DNA of 64,000 bases from Candidatus Spongiisociaceae bacterium. Lineage in GTDB: Bacteria; Actinomycetota; Acidimicrobiia; Spongiisociales; Spongiisociaceae. How positions within the stretch are numbered: position 1 is the first letter of the stretch; every line of letters begins with the position of its first letter. Made by a program: the position numbers and the translations under genes. Location: the NCBI GenBank assembly GCA_965262915.1, contig OZ253564.1:2432001-2496000 (forward strand), given 5' to 3'. Below are positions 9,522 to 19,961 of the stretch, piece after piece. The notes below the pieces were generated by a model, which ran no database searches, was not told the DNA's origin, and was given only the letters and a program-made list of their open reading frames with translations.

Positions 9522-10460
9522 TCAGGTCTCCCCGTACCTGGCCAGAATGGCGCTGCGGAGCCGCTTCGTCTCCCGGGCTACCTCGTCCCCTTCCAGCAAG
9601 CGGGCCTGGCTCCCGAGGCGGACCAGGAGTCGGGCCGCCACCCGGGCGTCGGACATGGCGAAGCGAACCACCAGTTCGTTGCGTCCGTCCCGGATCACAT
9701 CGACCGGGAAGTACTCGGCTACCCAGCGCGCCGTCCGACCGAGCGCCAGTATGGCGTAGATGGCGTCCGCGGACGGCGTGAACTCCACCACGGGGGGCTC
9801 GGTGTCCGGAGGCGGGGCGAAGGACTCATCGAGTTCGGTGAGCGACCTGATCCGGTCAACCCGGAAGGTGCGCCGGTCGGCGGCGAGCCGGCACCGGGCC
9901 GAGAGGTACCACCGACCCATGGCCGCGTACACCATCAGGGGCTCTACCTCACGGGTCGTGGTCCGGTTGGCCCCCACCGACAGGTAGGTGATCCGGATCG
10001 CCCGGGCGTCGCCCGCCGCCTGCCTGAGGGTCTCCAGGTGCTCCGGTTCGGGGGGCAACTCGGCGCCTATGACATCCGACGCCTCGGGGAATACGGCCGA
10101 CACGAGCTTGTCGACCGCCCGGGCCAGGGCCGGGTTGCCCTGGTTGGTGCCGGCCACCGCCATACCCGCGCTGAGCAGTCCGAGTGCCTCGGGAGGGGTG
10201 AGCCTGAGCGGTCGGGAGAAGTATTCGGCCATGTCCAGCACCACCAGATCGTCGGCGATGAAGGCCACCATCAGGTCACCCGGTCCGTAGCCGGGGACAC
10301 CGCACACGAACAGCAGGGACAGATCCTTGGCCAGGTCGTTCTCGGTCCGGTAGCCGAAACGTTCCATCACCTCGGAGACCCGCGGGTACGGGTTGGCGAG
10401 GACCCACGGGACCATGGCCAGGATCCGGATCAGGCGTCGCTGCGTCGAGGCGGCGGTCAT
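9522..10460 (-). CDS. pafC: WYL-domain transcriptional regulator PafC
   Basis: N-terminal wHTH, GVPGYGPGDL, WYL...FRVDRI; follows pafB. Confidence 0.93.
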   Translation of the reverse strand: MTAASTQRRLIRILAMVPWVLANPYPRVSEVMERFGYRTENDLAKDLSLLFVCGVPGYGPGDLMVAFIADDLVVLDMAEYFSRPLRLTPPEALGLLSAGMAVAGTNQGNPALARAVDKLVSAVFPEASDVIGAELPPEPEHLETLRQAAGDARAIRITYLSVGANRTTTREVEPLMVYAAMGRWYLSARCRLAADRRTFRVDRIRSLTELDESFAPPPDTEPPVVEFTPSADAIYAILALGRTARWVAEYFPVDVIRDGRNELVVRFAMSDARVAARLLVRLGSQARLLEGDEVARETKRLRSAILARYGET

Positions 10461-10521
10461 ACCCCACTCCTGGTGGTCGGTCTCCGAGATGGCGGCACGG
10501 CATGCGAGCAGGACACGGCGA

Positions 10522-11457
10522 TCATTTTGCAGACAGACCCCTGACCCGCCGGATCAACTCGGCCCGCAGATCGGAGGGAGCCAGGATGACCGCGGCATCG
10601 TCCAGGTCGAGGATCATGTCGATGAAGGCGCCCTCCGCCGAGTAGGGGATGTCCATCACCGTCGAGCCGTCCTCGTCCCGTTCCACCACCTCCGCTCCGG
10701 GGAAGCGGCTCTCCGCCCACCACGCCACGTCGGCATCCCAGCGCACGCGGGCCGTCGAGTCCTCGGCGCCCTTCTCCCAGGGGAGGGACGAGAGTATTTC
10801 GCGGGCCGAAAAGGCCCGGGGACGTTCGAACGCTCCGGCCGGACCGACGATCTCCAGGTCCTCGGTCCGGTCCAGCCGGTAGGTGCGGGTGCCGTTGGGA
10901 TGAGCCGGCTCCGCGCCCGCGAAGTACCAGTGTCCCCGGCGGTGGTACATCCCGTACGGGTCGAGGGTCCGCGGGCGGCCCCTGTACACGAAGCACAGCC
11001 TGCGCCGTTCGAGAACGGCTTGGAAGACCAGGCCGAGCCGGGCGCTCCCGAGATCGAGGTTGGCGCCCACCGGCGTGCCGGATTCGACCAGCCGGGCCCC
11101 TCCCAGCTTGAGCAGGGCATCGGATCCGGCCGGCCAGCCACCCGTCCGCACCATGTGCACCGCCAGCGCCAGAGCCGTTCGTTCCTCCTCGGTGAACCTA
11201 GGGTCGATTGTCCGGTAGGTCTCCTCGGGGATCACGTAACCCCACTCGACCTCCCACACGTCGGTGGCTTGCAGTTCCAGCACGATGCCCAGCTGCCGTA
11301 GGCTGTCCTTGTCCCGCTCGAACATCCGATGGAAGGCCTGGTCGGACGATTGGCCGTATCCGGCGACGGTCTCCCGGATCTCCCGCGCGGTCACCGGTTG
11401 GTCGCGGTCGAGGAGGAAGGCCAGCAGGTTGATCAGACGTTCGACGACCACGCTCAT
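10522..11457 (-). CDS. pafB: WYL-domain transcriptional regulator PafB
   Basis: ERLINLL, RMFERDKDSLR, WYF...YRLDR; downstream of pafA. Confidence 0.93.
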   Translation of the reverse strand: MSVVVERLINLLAFLLDRDQPVTAREIRETVAGYGQSSDQAFHRMFERDKDSLRQLGIVLELQATDVWEVEWGYVIPEETYRTIDPRFTEEERTALALAVHMVRTGGWPAGSDALLKLGGARLVESGTPVGANLDLGSARLGLVFQAVLERRRLCFVYRGRPRTLDPYGMYHRRGHWYFAGAEPAHPNGTRTYRLDRTEDLEIVGPAGAFERPRAFSAREILSSLPWEKGAEDSTARVRWDADVAWWAESRFPGAEVVERDEDGSTVMDIPYSAEGAFIDMILDLDDAAVILAPSDLRAELIRRVRGLSAK

Positions 11458-11588
11458 GCACTACCGGATTCTAAAAGAGCAGCGAGCGTGGGTAGTGGTG
11501 CGGTCGGATTCACCGGCCGGCGCCGAGAGCCCTCTCCACCTGTTCGTATGACACCTCGCCGATTCCCCACCCGACCACGGACTACCGA

Positions 11589-12944
11589 TCACAAACCCGC
11601 GATGAGGCGCTCGACCCGCTCGTCGGCCGACTTGAAGGGGTCCTTGCACAGCACGGTCCGCTGTGCCTGGTCGTTCAGCTTGAGGTGTACCCAGTCCACG
11701 GTGAAGTCCCGCTTGTGAGCCTTGGCGGCCGATATGAACCGGCCTCGCAGGCGGGCTCTGGTGGTCTGGGGCGGCTTGTTGACCGCCGAGGCGATGGCCG
11801 CGTCCGTCACCAGGCGGTCGATCAACCCCCTCTGGGCCAGCAGGTAGTAGAGGCCCCGTTCTTCGGTGACGTCGTGGTAGCTGAGGTCCAGGAGCATGAC
11901 GCGGGCGTCCGAGAGGGAAAGGCCGAACTTGAGCCGGTATCGCTCGATCAGTTGGTATTTGGTGACCCAGTCGACCTGGCGGTGGAGCGACAGGGGATCC
12001 TTCTCCAGTTCGGTGAGCAGGTGTTCCCACATGTCGACCGCCTTCTGGACCGGCGGCGAGAAACCCGGGCTCCGCGCGTACCTCATGATCCGCTCGAGGT
12101 ATTCCCACTGGATGTCCAGAGCTGAGAGTTCCCGCCCGTTGGCGAGGCGCACGGTCCGGCGGCAGGTCGGGTCCTGGCTGATCTCCCGGATGGCGCGGAT
12201 CGGATTGGCGAGGGTCATGTCCCGGAACACGACCTTGGCCTCGATCATCTCGAGGAGCGCGGTGGTGGCCCCGACCTTGACGTAGGTGGCGTACTCGCTC
12301 ATGTTCGAATCCCCGGCGATCACATGGAGCCGCCGGTAACGTTCGGCGTCGGCATGGGGCTCGTCCCTCGTGTTGATGATCGGGCGGGACCTCGTGGTGG
12401 CCGACGATACGCCCTCCCAGATGTGGTCGGCCCGCTGGGAGATCGAGAACACCGGTCCCCGGGCCGTCTGGAGCAGCTTCCCGGCGCCGGCGTAGATCTG
12501 GCGTGTCACCAGGAAAGGGATGAGGATGTCCAGCATCTTCTGGAAATCCTCCTTCCGCCCCACCAGGTAGTTCTCGTGGCATCCGTAGGAGTTACCGGCC
12601 GAGTCGGTGTTGTTCTTGTAGAGGAATATGTCGCCGCGGATCCCCTCCTCCCGCAGCCGCTGCTCCGCGGCGCGCTGGAGGTTCTCCAGGACCCGCTCCC
12701 CCGCCTTGTCATGGGCGACCAGGTCGTGGAGGTTGTCGCATTCGGGGGTGGCGTATTCGGGGTGGCTGCCGACATCGAGGTAGAGGCGGGCGCCGTTCTC
12801 GAGGAACACGTTGGAGGACCGGCCCCATGAGACGACGCTGCGGAACAGGTAACGGGCCACCTCGTCGGGACTGAGGCGGCGCTGACCGCGCAAGGTGCAT
12901 GTGATGCCGAACTCGTTCTCGAGCCCGAATATCCGCCGTTTCAT
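11589..12944 (-). CDS. pafA: Pup-protein ligase
   Basis: [43 protein letters not shown]. Confidence 0.98.
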   Translation of the reverse strand: MKRRIFGLENEFGITCTLRGQRRLSPDEVARYLFRSVVSWGRSSNVFLENGARLYLDVGSHPEYATPECDNLHDLVAHDKAGERVLENLQRAAEQRLREEGIRGDIFLYKNNTDSAGNSYGCHENYLVGRKEDFQKMLDILIPFLVTRQIYAGAGKLLQTARGPVFSISQRADHIWEGVSSATTRSRPIINTRDEPHADAERYRRLHVIAGDSNMSEYATYVKVGATTALLEMIEAKVVFRDMTLANPIRAIREISQDPTCRRTVRLANGRELSALDIQWEYLERIMRYARSPGFSPPVQKAVDMWEHLLTELEKDPLSLHRQVDWVTKYQLIERYRLKFGLSLSDARVMLLDLSYHDVTEERGLYYLLAQRGLIDRLVTDAAIASAVNKPPQTTRARLRGRFISAAKAHKRDFTVDWVHLKLNDQAQRTVLCKDPFKSADERVERLIAGL

Positions 12945-13083
12945 AGCCGTAGGCTAGTGGTGGTTAGTCAGTGGTCCGTGACGTGCCAGTCCTCGATAAT
13001 GGGTTCTGTGGCCACCGACGGGACGGACAGGTCACCAACCTAGCTCAAAGACACCGAGGATCCTTCAGTCCCGCCAGTCACCG

Positions 13084-13147
13084 CTGGCACCTGGCACCCG
13101 GCACCTGGCTGGCACCCGGCACCTGGCTGGCACCTGACACCTGACAC
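13084..13147. repeat. Short degenerate heptamer tandem repeat (CTGGCAC/CCGGCAC/CTGACAC) directly after the prcA stop
   Basis: About eight imperfect units visible. Confidence 0.85.
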
Positions 13148-13816
13148 CTAGACCTCGGCCAGCTCCTCCTTGGTCAGGCGACGGAACCGGCGTTTGCTGC
13201 GGCTCCGATCGAGCAGGGCCCCCTCCCAGCCGTGGATCTGCCGCTCCTCGACGTGGCGGAAGGCCTCGGCGGCCTGGCGGAGGGCTTCCGCGACGGTGGG
13301 GGTCCCGTCGTAGTTCTCTCCCAGCCGGTCCGACAGGGCATCCGACTGGCCACCGATGGCGGTGTAGCCGAGCTTGTCGTAAAGGGTGCCGTCGTAGGTG
13401 ACCTTGAAGAGACGGTCCTCGGAGGACGACCGGCCCACCTCGGCGATCAGTACCTCGACCTCGAAAGGCTTGGGTCCCTGGACGAAGATGTTGCCCAGAG
13501 TCTGGGAGAAGGCCGACGCCAGGCTCTTGGCCGTCACGTCCTCCCTCCCGTACTGGTAGCCCTTCACATCGGCGTAGCGGATCCCCGCCACCCGTAACGA
13601 CTCGAACTCGTTGTACTTGCCCACCCCGGCGAACGCGATACGGTCGTAGATCTCCGAGACCTTGGTGAGGGTGCGGCTGGGGTTCTCGGCCAGGATCACC
13701 ACCCCCTCCTCCGCCTCGAGCGCCACGATCGACCGCCCCCTGGCGATTCCCTTCCGGGCATACTCGGCCCGGTCCTTGACCAGCTGCTCCGGGGGGACGT
13801 AGAAAGGCAGCGTCAA
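13148..13816 (-). CDS. prcA: 20S proteasome alpha subunit
   Basis: PFYVPPEQLVKDRAEYARKGIARGRS, SEIYDRI. Confidence 0.98.
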   Translation of the reverse strand: MTLPFYVPPEQLVKDRAEYARKGIARGRSIVALEAEEGVVILAENPSRTLTKVSEIYDRIAFAGVGKYNEFESLRVAGIRYADVKGYQYGREDVTAKSLASAFSQTLGNIFVQGPKPFEVEVLIAEVGRSSSEDRLFKVTYDGTLYDKLGYTAIGGQSDALSDRLGENYDGTPTVAEALRQAAEAFRHVEERQIHGWEGALLDRSRSKRRFRRLTKEELAEV

Positions 13817-14604
13817 CGCACCACCTCGATGGCTCGTCGGGCGGCCGCCTCCACCGTGGCCTCGTCCACGTGTGCCAAGCCGTCGCCGGTGACCGTCACC
13901 ACGTTCGGGTAGATACCCCTCCTGAGGTCGGGACCGCCCGTGGCCAGATCCTGGGCGGCCGCCGCCACCAGGGCCTCCATGGCATGGTCGATCGCCCTCG
14001 CCCGGTCGGAATCCTGCCGGTAGACGGTGCGAAGATACGCTCTCGCCTCCCGGCTCCCCGACCCGGCCGCCCCGAAGTCACTCTCCTCGTAGCGGCCCCC
14101 CACCGCATCGAACGTGAACACGTGTCCGGTTCCGGTAAGGGGCTCGACCCCGCAGAAGATCGGCACGACCACAAAGCCCTGCAGCGCCAGCGGTAGCTGC
14201 ATGCGCACCATGCGGGCCAGGTAGGTGGCCTTTCCGTCGAGGCTGAGGCGCACCCCTTCCAGCTTCTCGTAGTGCTCGAGCTCGGTCTGGAACAGCCTGA
14301 CCATCTCGATGGCCAGCCCCGCGGTGCCGGAGATGGCCACCGCCGAGTACGAGTCGGCGGCGAAGACCTTCTGGATCCGCTGATGCGCCACGTCGTAGCC
14401 GGCCGTCGCTTGGCGGTCTCCCACCATCGCCACTCCCCCCTCGTACCGGAGGGCCAGCACCGTGGTGGCGTCGGGAGCGGGGATGGCGGACGGGTTGATC
14501 TCCGAGGGCACCGCCCAGTTCGGGGCGAGATCCAGGGAGCGGACGAGTTCGGTGAAGCTGGCGCCCGGGAGCGGCGCGCTGAGCGGGAGCAGCGTCTCGC
14601 TCAC
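13813..14604 (-). CDS. prcB: 20S proteasome beta subunit
   Basis: Propeptide followed by [33 protein letters not shown]. Confidence 0.97.
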   Translation of the reverse strand: MSETLLPLSAPLPGASFTELVRSLDLAPNWAVPSEINPSAIPAPDATTVLALRYEGGVAMVGDRQATAGYDVAHQRIQKVFAADSYSAVAISGTAGLAIEMVRLFQTELEHYEKLEGVRLSLDGKATYLARMVRMQLPLALQGFVVVPIFCGVEPLTGTGHVFTFDAVGGRYEESDFGAAGSGSREARAYLRTVYRQDSDRARAIDHAMEALVAAAAQDLATGGPDLRRGIYPNVVTVTGDGLAHVDEATVEAAARRAIEVVR

Positions 14605-14789
14605 TCGCCGCCCTTCTGGACGTAGTTCTTCACGAACTCCTCCGCGTTCTCCTCGAGAACCGAGTCGATCTCGTCCAGCAGATCATCTATCTTGCTCACC
14701 CCCGCGGTCTCGGGACCGCGGGGCATCGAAGTACCCTGGGCCGGCTTCTCGCGCTGGCCGCGTTCTCTCTGCCGACGTTCCTGAGCCAT
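14601..14789 (-). CDS. pup: Prokaryotic ubiquitin-like protein Pup (Glu-terminated)
   Basis: [28 protein letters not shown]; AGGAGG RBS upstream. Confidence 0.99.
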   Translation of the reverse strand: MAQERRQRERGQREKPAQGTSMPRGPETAGVSKIDDLLDEIDSVLEENAEEFVKNYVQKGGE

Positions 14790-14873
14790 TATCTCCTCCT
14801 AGCACAGACCCGTGCCCGATAGTTGGTTCATCGTAGGGAGGTTCCACGTCCCTATGCCAAACCCTCCACCATC

Positions 14874-16352
14874 TCAACCGCCTCCCAGAGCCCCGAGGAG
14901 GTCGGAGGCTTCCGATGAGGCATCCAGCAACTTCCCCACCAACGCCTTGTTCCCCCGCAGGGGCTCCATCATGGGTACCCGCTTGAGCGGTTCCTCACCC
15001 GTGTCGAACACCAGCGAGTCCCAGTTGGCGGCTACCAGGGACTCCGAGAACTGCTCCACGCACCGTCCGCGGAAGTACGCGCGGGTCTCGACGGGCGGGT
15101 CGTTGGTGGCTTGCTCCAGCTCCGCATCGGTGAACAGGCGGCGGAGCACCCCGCGTTCCTGCAGGCGGTAGGCCAGGCCCTTGAGCGGGTCGGTGTCGTG
15201 GTACTGGAGGGCCGCCATGGCCAGTTTGGGGTTGCGCCAGTCCAGGTCGTCCCGCCGGCGGAACCCGTTCAGCATGCGGAGCTTGGCGACCCAGTCGAGG
15301 CGGTCGGCGGTGCATGCGAAGTCGGTCTCCAGGTCGTGGAGGACCGCGCCCCACTCCCGGATCACATCGGACCAGACCGGTTGGGGGAACGCCCGGTCGG
15401 CGTAGCGCGACAGCCACTCGAAATACCGGAACTGCAGCTCGAGGGCGGTGGCGGACGAACCGTCGGCTAGGAGCAGGGGCCGCTTGAGGGAAAGGTCGTG
15501 GCTGGTCCGCCACGTAGCCTCCACCGGGTCGGCCAGAGTCAGCGCGTCGGGAATGGCCCGGTCCTCGACGGCGGACAGGAGCAGGGCGGTGGCGCCGAGC
15601 TTGATGAAGGTCTGTACATCGGACATGTTGGCGTCGCCGATGATGACGTGGAAGCGGCGGTACTTGCTGGGTTCCCCGTGAGGCTCGTCCCGGGTGTTGA
15701 TGATGGGCCGCTTGAGCGTCGTCTCGAGCCCGACCTCCTCCTCGAAGAAGTCGGCTCTCTGGGTGATCTGGTACCCGACACCGGGGCGGCCGTTCTCGGA
15801 GCCGAGCTTTCCGGAGCCCGTGTAGATCTGGCGGGTCACCAACCACGTGGTGGCGTAGTGGATCAGGTCGGCGAAAGGGACCATCCGCGACACCAGGTAG
15901 TTCTCGTGGTAACCATAGGAGTTGCCCTTGCCGTCGCTGTTGTTCTTGTGCACGTACAGGTTCTCACCGGGGCGGAGCAGGCGCCGTACCGACGCCACCG
16001 CGGCCGACAGTACCTTCTCCCCGGCCTTGTCGTAGAGGGTCGCCTGCAGGGGATCCGCGCACTCGGGGCTCGAGTACTCGGGGTGGGCATGGTCGACGTA
16101 GAACCGGGCGCCGTTGGACAGCACCACGTTGACGAGGCCGCTGTCCGCCTCGGCGAGCCCGTAGGCCTCATGGCCGAGGCCGCGGGCATCCCGCCCCGGG
16201 GATTCCTCGTCGAACGACCACTGGACCCGCGCCCGGCCCCCCTGGTACGAGTTCACCACCAGGGACGAGGCGATGGTCGGGTTGAAGTCCGGTTGGTTGC
16301 GGACGGTGATGCCGTATTCCGTTTCCGTCCCTATGACGCTGGGAATCGCCAT
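14874..16352 (-). CDS. dop: Depupylase/deamidase Dop
   Basis: True start MAIPSVIGTETEYGI at 16352; YVDHAHPEYSSPEC, HKNNSDGKGNSYG, AANWDS, EPLRG. Confidence 0.96.
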   Translation of the reverse strand: MAIPSVIGTETEYGITVRNQPDFNPTIASSLVVNSYQGGRARVQWSFDEESPGRDARGLGHEAYGLAEADSGLVNVVLSNGARFYVDHAHPEYSSPECADPLQATLYDKAGEKVLSAAVASVRRLLRPGENLYVHKNNSDGKGNSYGYHENYLVSRMVPFADLIHYATTWLVTRQIYTGSGKLGSENGRPGVGYQITQRADFFEEEVGLETTLKRPIINTRDEPHGEPSKYRRFHVIIGDANMSDVQTFIKLGATALLLSAVEDRAIPDALTLADPVEATWRTSHDLSLKRPLLLADGSSATALELQFRYFEWLSRYADRAFPQPVWSDVIREWGAVLHDLETDFACTADRLDWVAKLRMLNGFRRRDDLDWRNPKLAMAALQYHDTDPLKGLAYRLQERGVLRRLFTDAELEQATNDPPVETRAYFRGRCVEQFSESLVAANWDSLVFDTGEEPLKRVPMMEPLRGNKALVGKLLDASSEASDLLGALGGG

Positions 16353-16357
16353 ACCTA

Positions 16358-16684
16358 GTGGTCTGTCTTTGAAATGGCTGCGTGGTATGCGCCGGCAGCG
16401 GCATTCCTCGCAAGGCCCGCTGACGAGGGCATACCCGCAGCGTACGTCGAGGAGGCGGAACGCAGTAAGGGGCGTCGCTGGCTGCCAGAGCACGACAAGT
16501 TGTTTTGCAGAGGGGACCACAGTGGTCTGTTTGTGGAATGGCTGCGTGGTATGCGCCGGCAGCGGCGTTCCTCGCAAGGCCCGCTGACGAAGGCATACCC
16601 GCAGTGGTACGTTGAGGAGGCGGAACGCAGTGAGGGGCGTCGCTGGCAAGTAGAGCACGACAAGTTGTTTTGCAGACAGACCAC
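16358..16684. mobile_element. Two head-to-tail copies (16358-16520, 16522-16684) of a ~163-bp palindromic MITE
   Basis: TIRs GTGGTCTGTC/GACAGACCAC, flanked by TA at 16356-57 and 16685-86; homologous to 49548-49708. Confidence 0.88.
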
Positions 16685-18423
16685 TACAGGTACTGGCCTG
16701 TTCCAACCGCCTCTATGGTCCTCGACTCGTCCTGTCCTTTGATCAGGGTGCGCACGTAGACGATGCGTTCCCCCTTCTTGCCCGAGATCTTCGCCCAGTC
16801 ATCCGGATTGGTGGTGTTGGGAAGGTCCTCGTGTTCCCGGAACTCCTGCTTGATGGCCACCAGGAGGTCGTTCAGCTTGATGCCGCCCGACTCGCCGGCT
16901 ATCCGGCGCTTGATGGCGGTTTTCTTGGCCCTGCGCACGATGTTCTCGATCATCGCCCCGGAGGCGAAGTCCCGGAAGTACAGGACTTCCCGGTCGCCGT
17001 TCTGGTAGGTGACCTCGAGGAAACGGTTCTCGTCCCTCCCGGCGTACATCATCTCGACCACGCGCCCGACCATCTTCCGGACGAGGGTCACCCGGTCGCC
17101 GTCCGCCCTGTCGAGGGCCTCCTGGTCGTAGGGCAGATCCGGATCCAGGTATATCTCGAAGATCTGCCGGGCGGCTACGGCGTCCGGACGGGCGATCTTG
17201 ATCTTGACGTCGAGGCGCCCCGGACGGAGGATGGCCGGGTCGATGAGGTCCTCCCGGTTGGAGGCGCCGATGACTATGACGTTCTTGAGCAGTTCCACCC
17301 CGTCCAGTTCGGAGAGGAGCTGGGGAACGATGGTCGACTCGACATCGGACGAGATGCCGCTGCCCCGGGTACGGAACAGCGAGTCCATCTCGTCGAAGAA
17401 GACGATGACCGGCACCCCTTCGTCGGCCTTCTCCTTGGCTCGCTGGAAGATCAGCCTGATCTGGCGTTCGGTCTCGCCCACGTACTTGTTGAGCAGTTCC
17501 GGGCCTTTGATGTTGAGGAAGTAGGAGCGGGCGTCCTCCTGCTCCGTGCGGTCGGCCACCGCCTCGGCCAGGCTGTTGGCCACCGCCTTGGCTATGAGGG
17601 TTTTGCCACAACCGGGTGGACCGTAGAGAAGGACCCCCTTGGGGGCGACCAGTCCGTACTCCTCGAACAGGTCCCGGTACACGTAGGGAAGCTCTACCGC
17701 ATCCCGGATAGCCTCGATCTGGTCCCGGAGCCCCCCCACCTGCTCGTAGGTGACATCCGGTACCTCCTCGAGCACCAGTTCCTCGACCTCGGGGCGGATG
17801 AGCTTCTCGTAGGCCAGACCCGTGCGGGAGTCGATGCGCACGTGGTCTCCGGCCCGGAGGTGGACCCCCAGGAGGGGTCCGGCCAGCCCCACCACCCGTT
17901 CCTCGTCGGCATGGGCCAGCACCAGGAGGCGGTCGTCGGCCAGCAGCTCCTTGATGGACACCACTTGGCCCAAGCGGTCGAAGTCCCGGACCTCGACGAT
18001 GTTCATGGAGTCGTTGACCAGAACCTGCTGGCCCCGCTGGAGCTGCTTGATCTCGATGGAGGGCTGGGCGTTGACCCGCATCTTGCGTCCCCCGCTCATC
18101 ACGTCCACCGTGCTGTCGCTGTTGATGCCCAGCACGGTGGCGAACGGGTTGGGGGCCGTGGTGAGCTTCTCGACCTCCTCGCGCAGCATGCTGAGCTGCT
18201 CGCGGGCTTCTTCGAGCACCGCGCTGAGCTTCTCGTTCTTCTGGGCGGCCTGCAGCAGTCGACTCTTGGTCTCGGCGAGGCGCGCCTCCAGCATCCGCAC
18301 CCGGCGGGGTGCGTCCTGGAGACGGCGGCGCAGCACCAGTACCTCTTCCTCCAAGGCGTGGACGGTGCCCCGCAGAGCGCCCAACTGGCGTTCGTATTCG
18401 TATCGTTCCCGGTTATCCGGCAT
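16684..18423 (-). CDS. arc: Proteasome-associated ATPase ARC/Mpa
   Basis: N-terminal coiled coil, [21 protein letters not shown]-terminal GQYL. Confidence 0.98.
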   Translation of the reverse strand: MPDNRERYEYERQLGALRGTVHALEEEVLVLRRRLQDAPRRVRMLEARLAETKSRLLQAAQKNEKLSAVLEEAREQLSMLREEVEKLTTAPNPFATVLGINSDSTVDVMSGGRKMRVNAQPSIEIKQLQRGQQVLVNDSMNIVEVRDFDRLGQVVSIKELLADDRLLVLAHADEERVVGLAGPLLGVHLRAGDHVRIDSRTGLAYEKLIRPEVEELVLEEVPDVTYEQVGGLRDQIEAIRDAVELPYVYRDLFEEYGLVAPKGVLLYGPPGCGKTLIAKAVANSLAEAVADRTEQEDARSYFLNIKGPELLNKYVGETERQIRLIFQRAKEKADEGVPVIVFFDEMDSLFRTRGSGISSDVESTIVPQLLSELDGVELLKNVIVIGASNREDLIDPAILRPGRLDVKIKIARPDAVAARQIFEIYLDPDLPYDQEALDRADGDRVTLVRKMVGRVVEMMYAGRDENRFLEVTYQNGDREVLYFRDFASGAMIENIVRRAKKTAIKRRIAGESGGIKLNDLLVAIKQEFREHEDLPNTTNPDDWAKISGKKGERIVYVRTLIKGQDESRTIEAVGTGQYL

Positions 18424-18525
18424 GTGACCACCCGGCTCGCACCCAGTCCAGTATACGGGGGTAGGGCGGCTTGGAAGCGGCGTTTGGGCGCAGCGTTTCG
18501 TCCGGTCCCGGGGGCTTCCGATCGG

Positions 18526-19317
18526 TCAGGAGGGTTGGATGCACCGGGCTGTGGTCACGAAGCCCGTATGACCCACCATGCCGTGATTCGGACGGACCGA
18601 GCGCCCGCTCACGTTCCAGGTCCGTATCAGCACCTCGAACGTCTCCACGTCCACGAACGTCCCGGCGGCTTCGAGCGCCTTGTGGAGCTGTTCCAGCTGG
18701 GGAACGGTGGGCAGGTAGCTGCAGACGATGCCCCCGGTCCGCAAGCGCTCGATCGCGGCGGGGATCACCTGCCAAGGCTCGGGGAGGTCCAGCAGCAGGC
18801 GGTCGTGTTCCAGTTCCGCAACGGTGTCTATGACATCACCCACGCGGAGTTCGAGCCACCCCGGCACGTCCCCGAAGTGGCGAACGATCGTGGCCCGGCC
18901 GCGGGCGGCGTGATCCTCCCTCAACTCGCAGGACACGACCCGACCCGTGGGTCCCACCGTTCGGGTGAGGGCCATGGTTAGCGCGCCCGAACCGGTGCCG
19001 GCCTCGATGACGCAGAGGCCGGGGTGGATGTCGGCATACATGAGGATGGCGCCCAGGTCCTTGGGATACACCACCTGTGGTCCCCGGCGCATCTTGAGGA
19101 TGTAATCCCCGAGCCGGGGGCGGAGGGCGATGAGCGGAGCGCCTTTGGAGGAGAGGAACCTGGAGCCGTCCGGACTGCCGATCAGGTCCGCATGGGCCAG
19201 GATGCCCCTGTGGTACTGGAAGACGCTCGCAGCCCGGAGATGGAGCAGGTACTTGCGGCCCTTGTCGTCGAGCAGCAGCGCCGGTTCACCCTCGGCGAAG
19301 GGGCGCCCCCCTACCAC
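18526..19317 (-). CDS. trmI: tRNA (adenine58-N1)-methyltransferase
   Basis: QVVYPKD, EAGTGSGALT, LDLPEPW, GHTGF. Confidence 0.95.
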   Translation of the reverse strand: MVGGRPFAEGEPALLLDDKGRKYLLHLRAASVFQYHRGILAHADLIGSPDGSRFLSSKGAPLIALRPRLGDYILKMRRGPQVVYPKDLGAILMYADIHPGLCVIEAGTGSGALTMALTRTVGPTGRVVSCELREDHAARGRATIVRHFGDVPGWLELRVGDVIDTVAELEHDRLLLDLPEPWQVIPAAIERLRTGGIVCSYLPTVPQLEQLHKALEAAGTFVDVETFEVLIRTWNVSGRSVRPNHGMVGHTGFVTTARCIQPS

Positions 19318-19321
19318 GGCC

Positions 19322-19423
19322 TCAGGTCAACCCGATCGACAGCACGCCTGCCAGCAACGTGAGGATCATGCCGGCAACGGTCAGCCAGACGACCACCTGT
19401 ACCCATTTCCGTTTCCGCCTCAT
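19322..19423 (-). CDS. 33-aa single-pass membrane microprotein
   Basis: MRRKRKWVQVVVWLTVAGMILTLLAGVLSIGLT; TAGAGT -10-like box 8 nt upstream; ends 4 nt before trmI. Below the ORF-track cutoff. Confidence 0.65.
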   Translation of the reverse strand: MRRKRKWVQVVVWLTVAGMILTLLAGVLSIGLT

Positions 19424-19538
19424 ATGGCCTTACTCTAGGAGAGTACTGAGAAGCCCCCGTTGGCCCTCGTGACCGCACCTCGGACAGCGGTATTGCCTCC
19501 GAGCCGGCGGTCCAGGCTCGCCGGTCTAGGCTGAGTGG

Positions 19539-19769
19539 ATGGGATACGGGTTCAGAGGCGGCCGCTACGTGCTGCGCGGGCTGCGCGAAGGCAGGATGTC
19601 GCTGGTGGCCTTCGGGATTCTGATGGTCGTGGGTCGCATGGCGCTGCGGTGGAGGCGCCGAGATAGGAAGGTCGCCGGGGTGCGCCTGGAACCGGGAAGC
19701 AGCGTGGCGTTGCGGGTCAGCCGGCCCGGGGAGGATCCGGTCACCTTCCGCGTCGATGCGGACCGCTGA
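19539..19769 (+). CDS. Small hypothetical membrane protein
   Basis: TAGGCT-N6-ATG leaderless start; one TM segment followed by a basic patch. Confidence 0.65.
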   Translation: MGYGFRGGRYVLRGLREGRMSLVAFGILMVVGRMALRWRRRDRKVAGVRLEPGSSVALRVSRPGEDPVTFRVDADR

Positions 19770-19961
19770 TCAGAGGCGGTGGATCTCGATCCGTGCGCCC
19801 TTGCGCCTACCTCTTCTCCGGCCGGCCAGGAAGGAGAACACGACCGCCCCCACCATGCCGGCCGCGCTCATCATGGCCTTCGAGCGGATGGTTCCTCCGG
19901 CCTCGTTGAGAGCCTCCTCCAGCTCGCGAGCCTTCGCTTCGATAGCGTCGCGCTCGATCAT
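19770..19961 (-). CDS. Small membrane-anchored hypothetical protein
   Basis: MIERDAIEAKARELEEAL...TM...GRRRGRRK; ATGA coupling to upstream gene. Confidence 0.7.
   Translation of the reverse strand: MIERDAIEAKARELEEALNEAGGTIRSKAMMSAAGMVGAVVFSFLAGRRRGRRKGARIEIHRL

Noticed and set aside
13084-13147. Possible CRISPR array or other spacer-repeat structure
   Set aside because: Only short contiguous heptamers with no unique spacers; no CRISPR array or cas gene was seen in the window.
16353-16706. N-terminal extensions of Dop (610 aa) and HyuB (from 49574) in the ORF track
   Set aside because: They are read-through of the MITE; family homology begins at 16352 and 49718.
16831-18981. Long antisense or alternative-frame ORFs (716 aa here; also 49694-52054, 21381-23822, 6065-7342)
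   Set aside because: They shadow well-supported genes; stop-poor alternative frames are expected at high GC and show no motifs.
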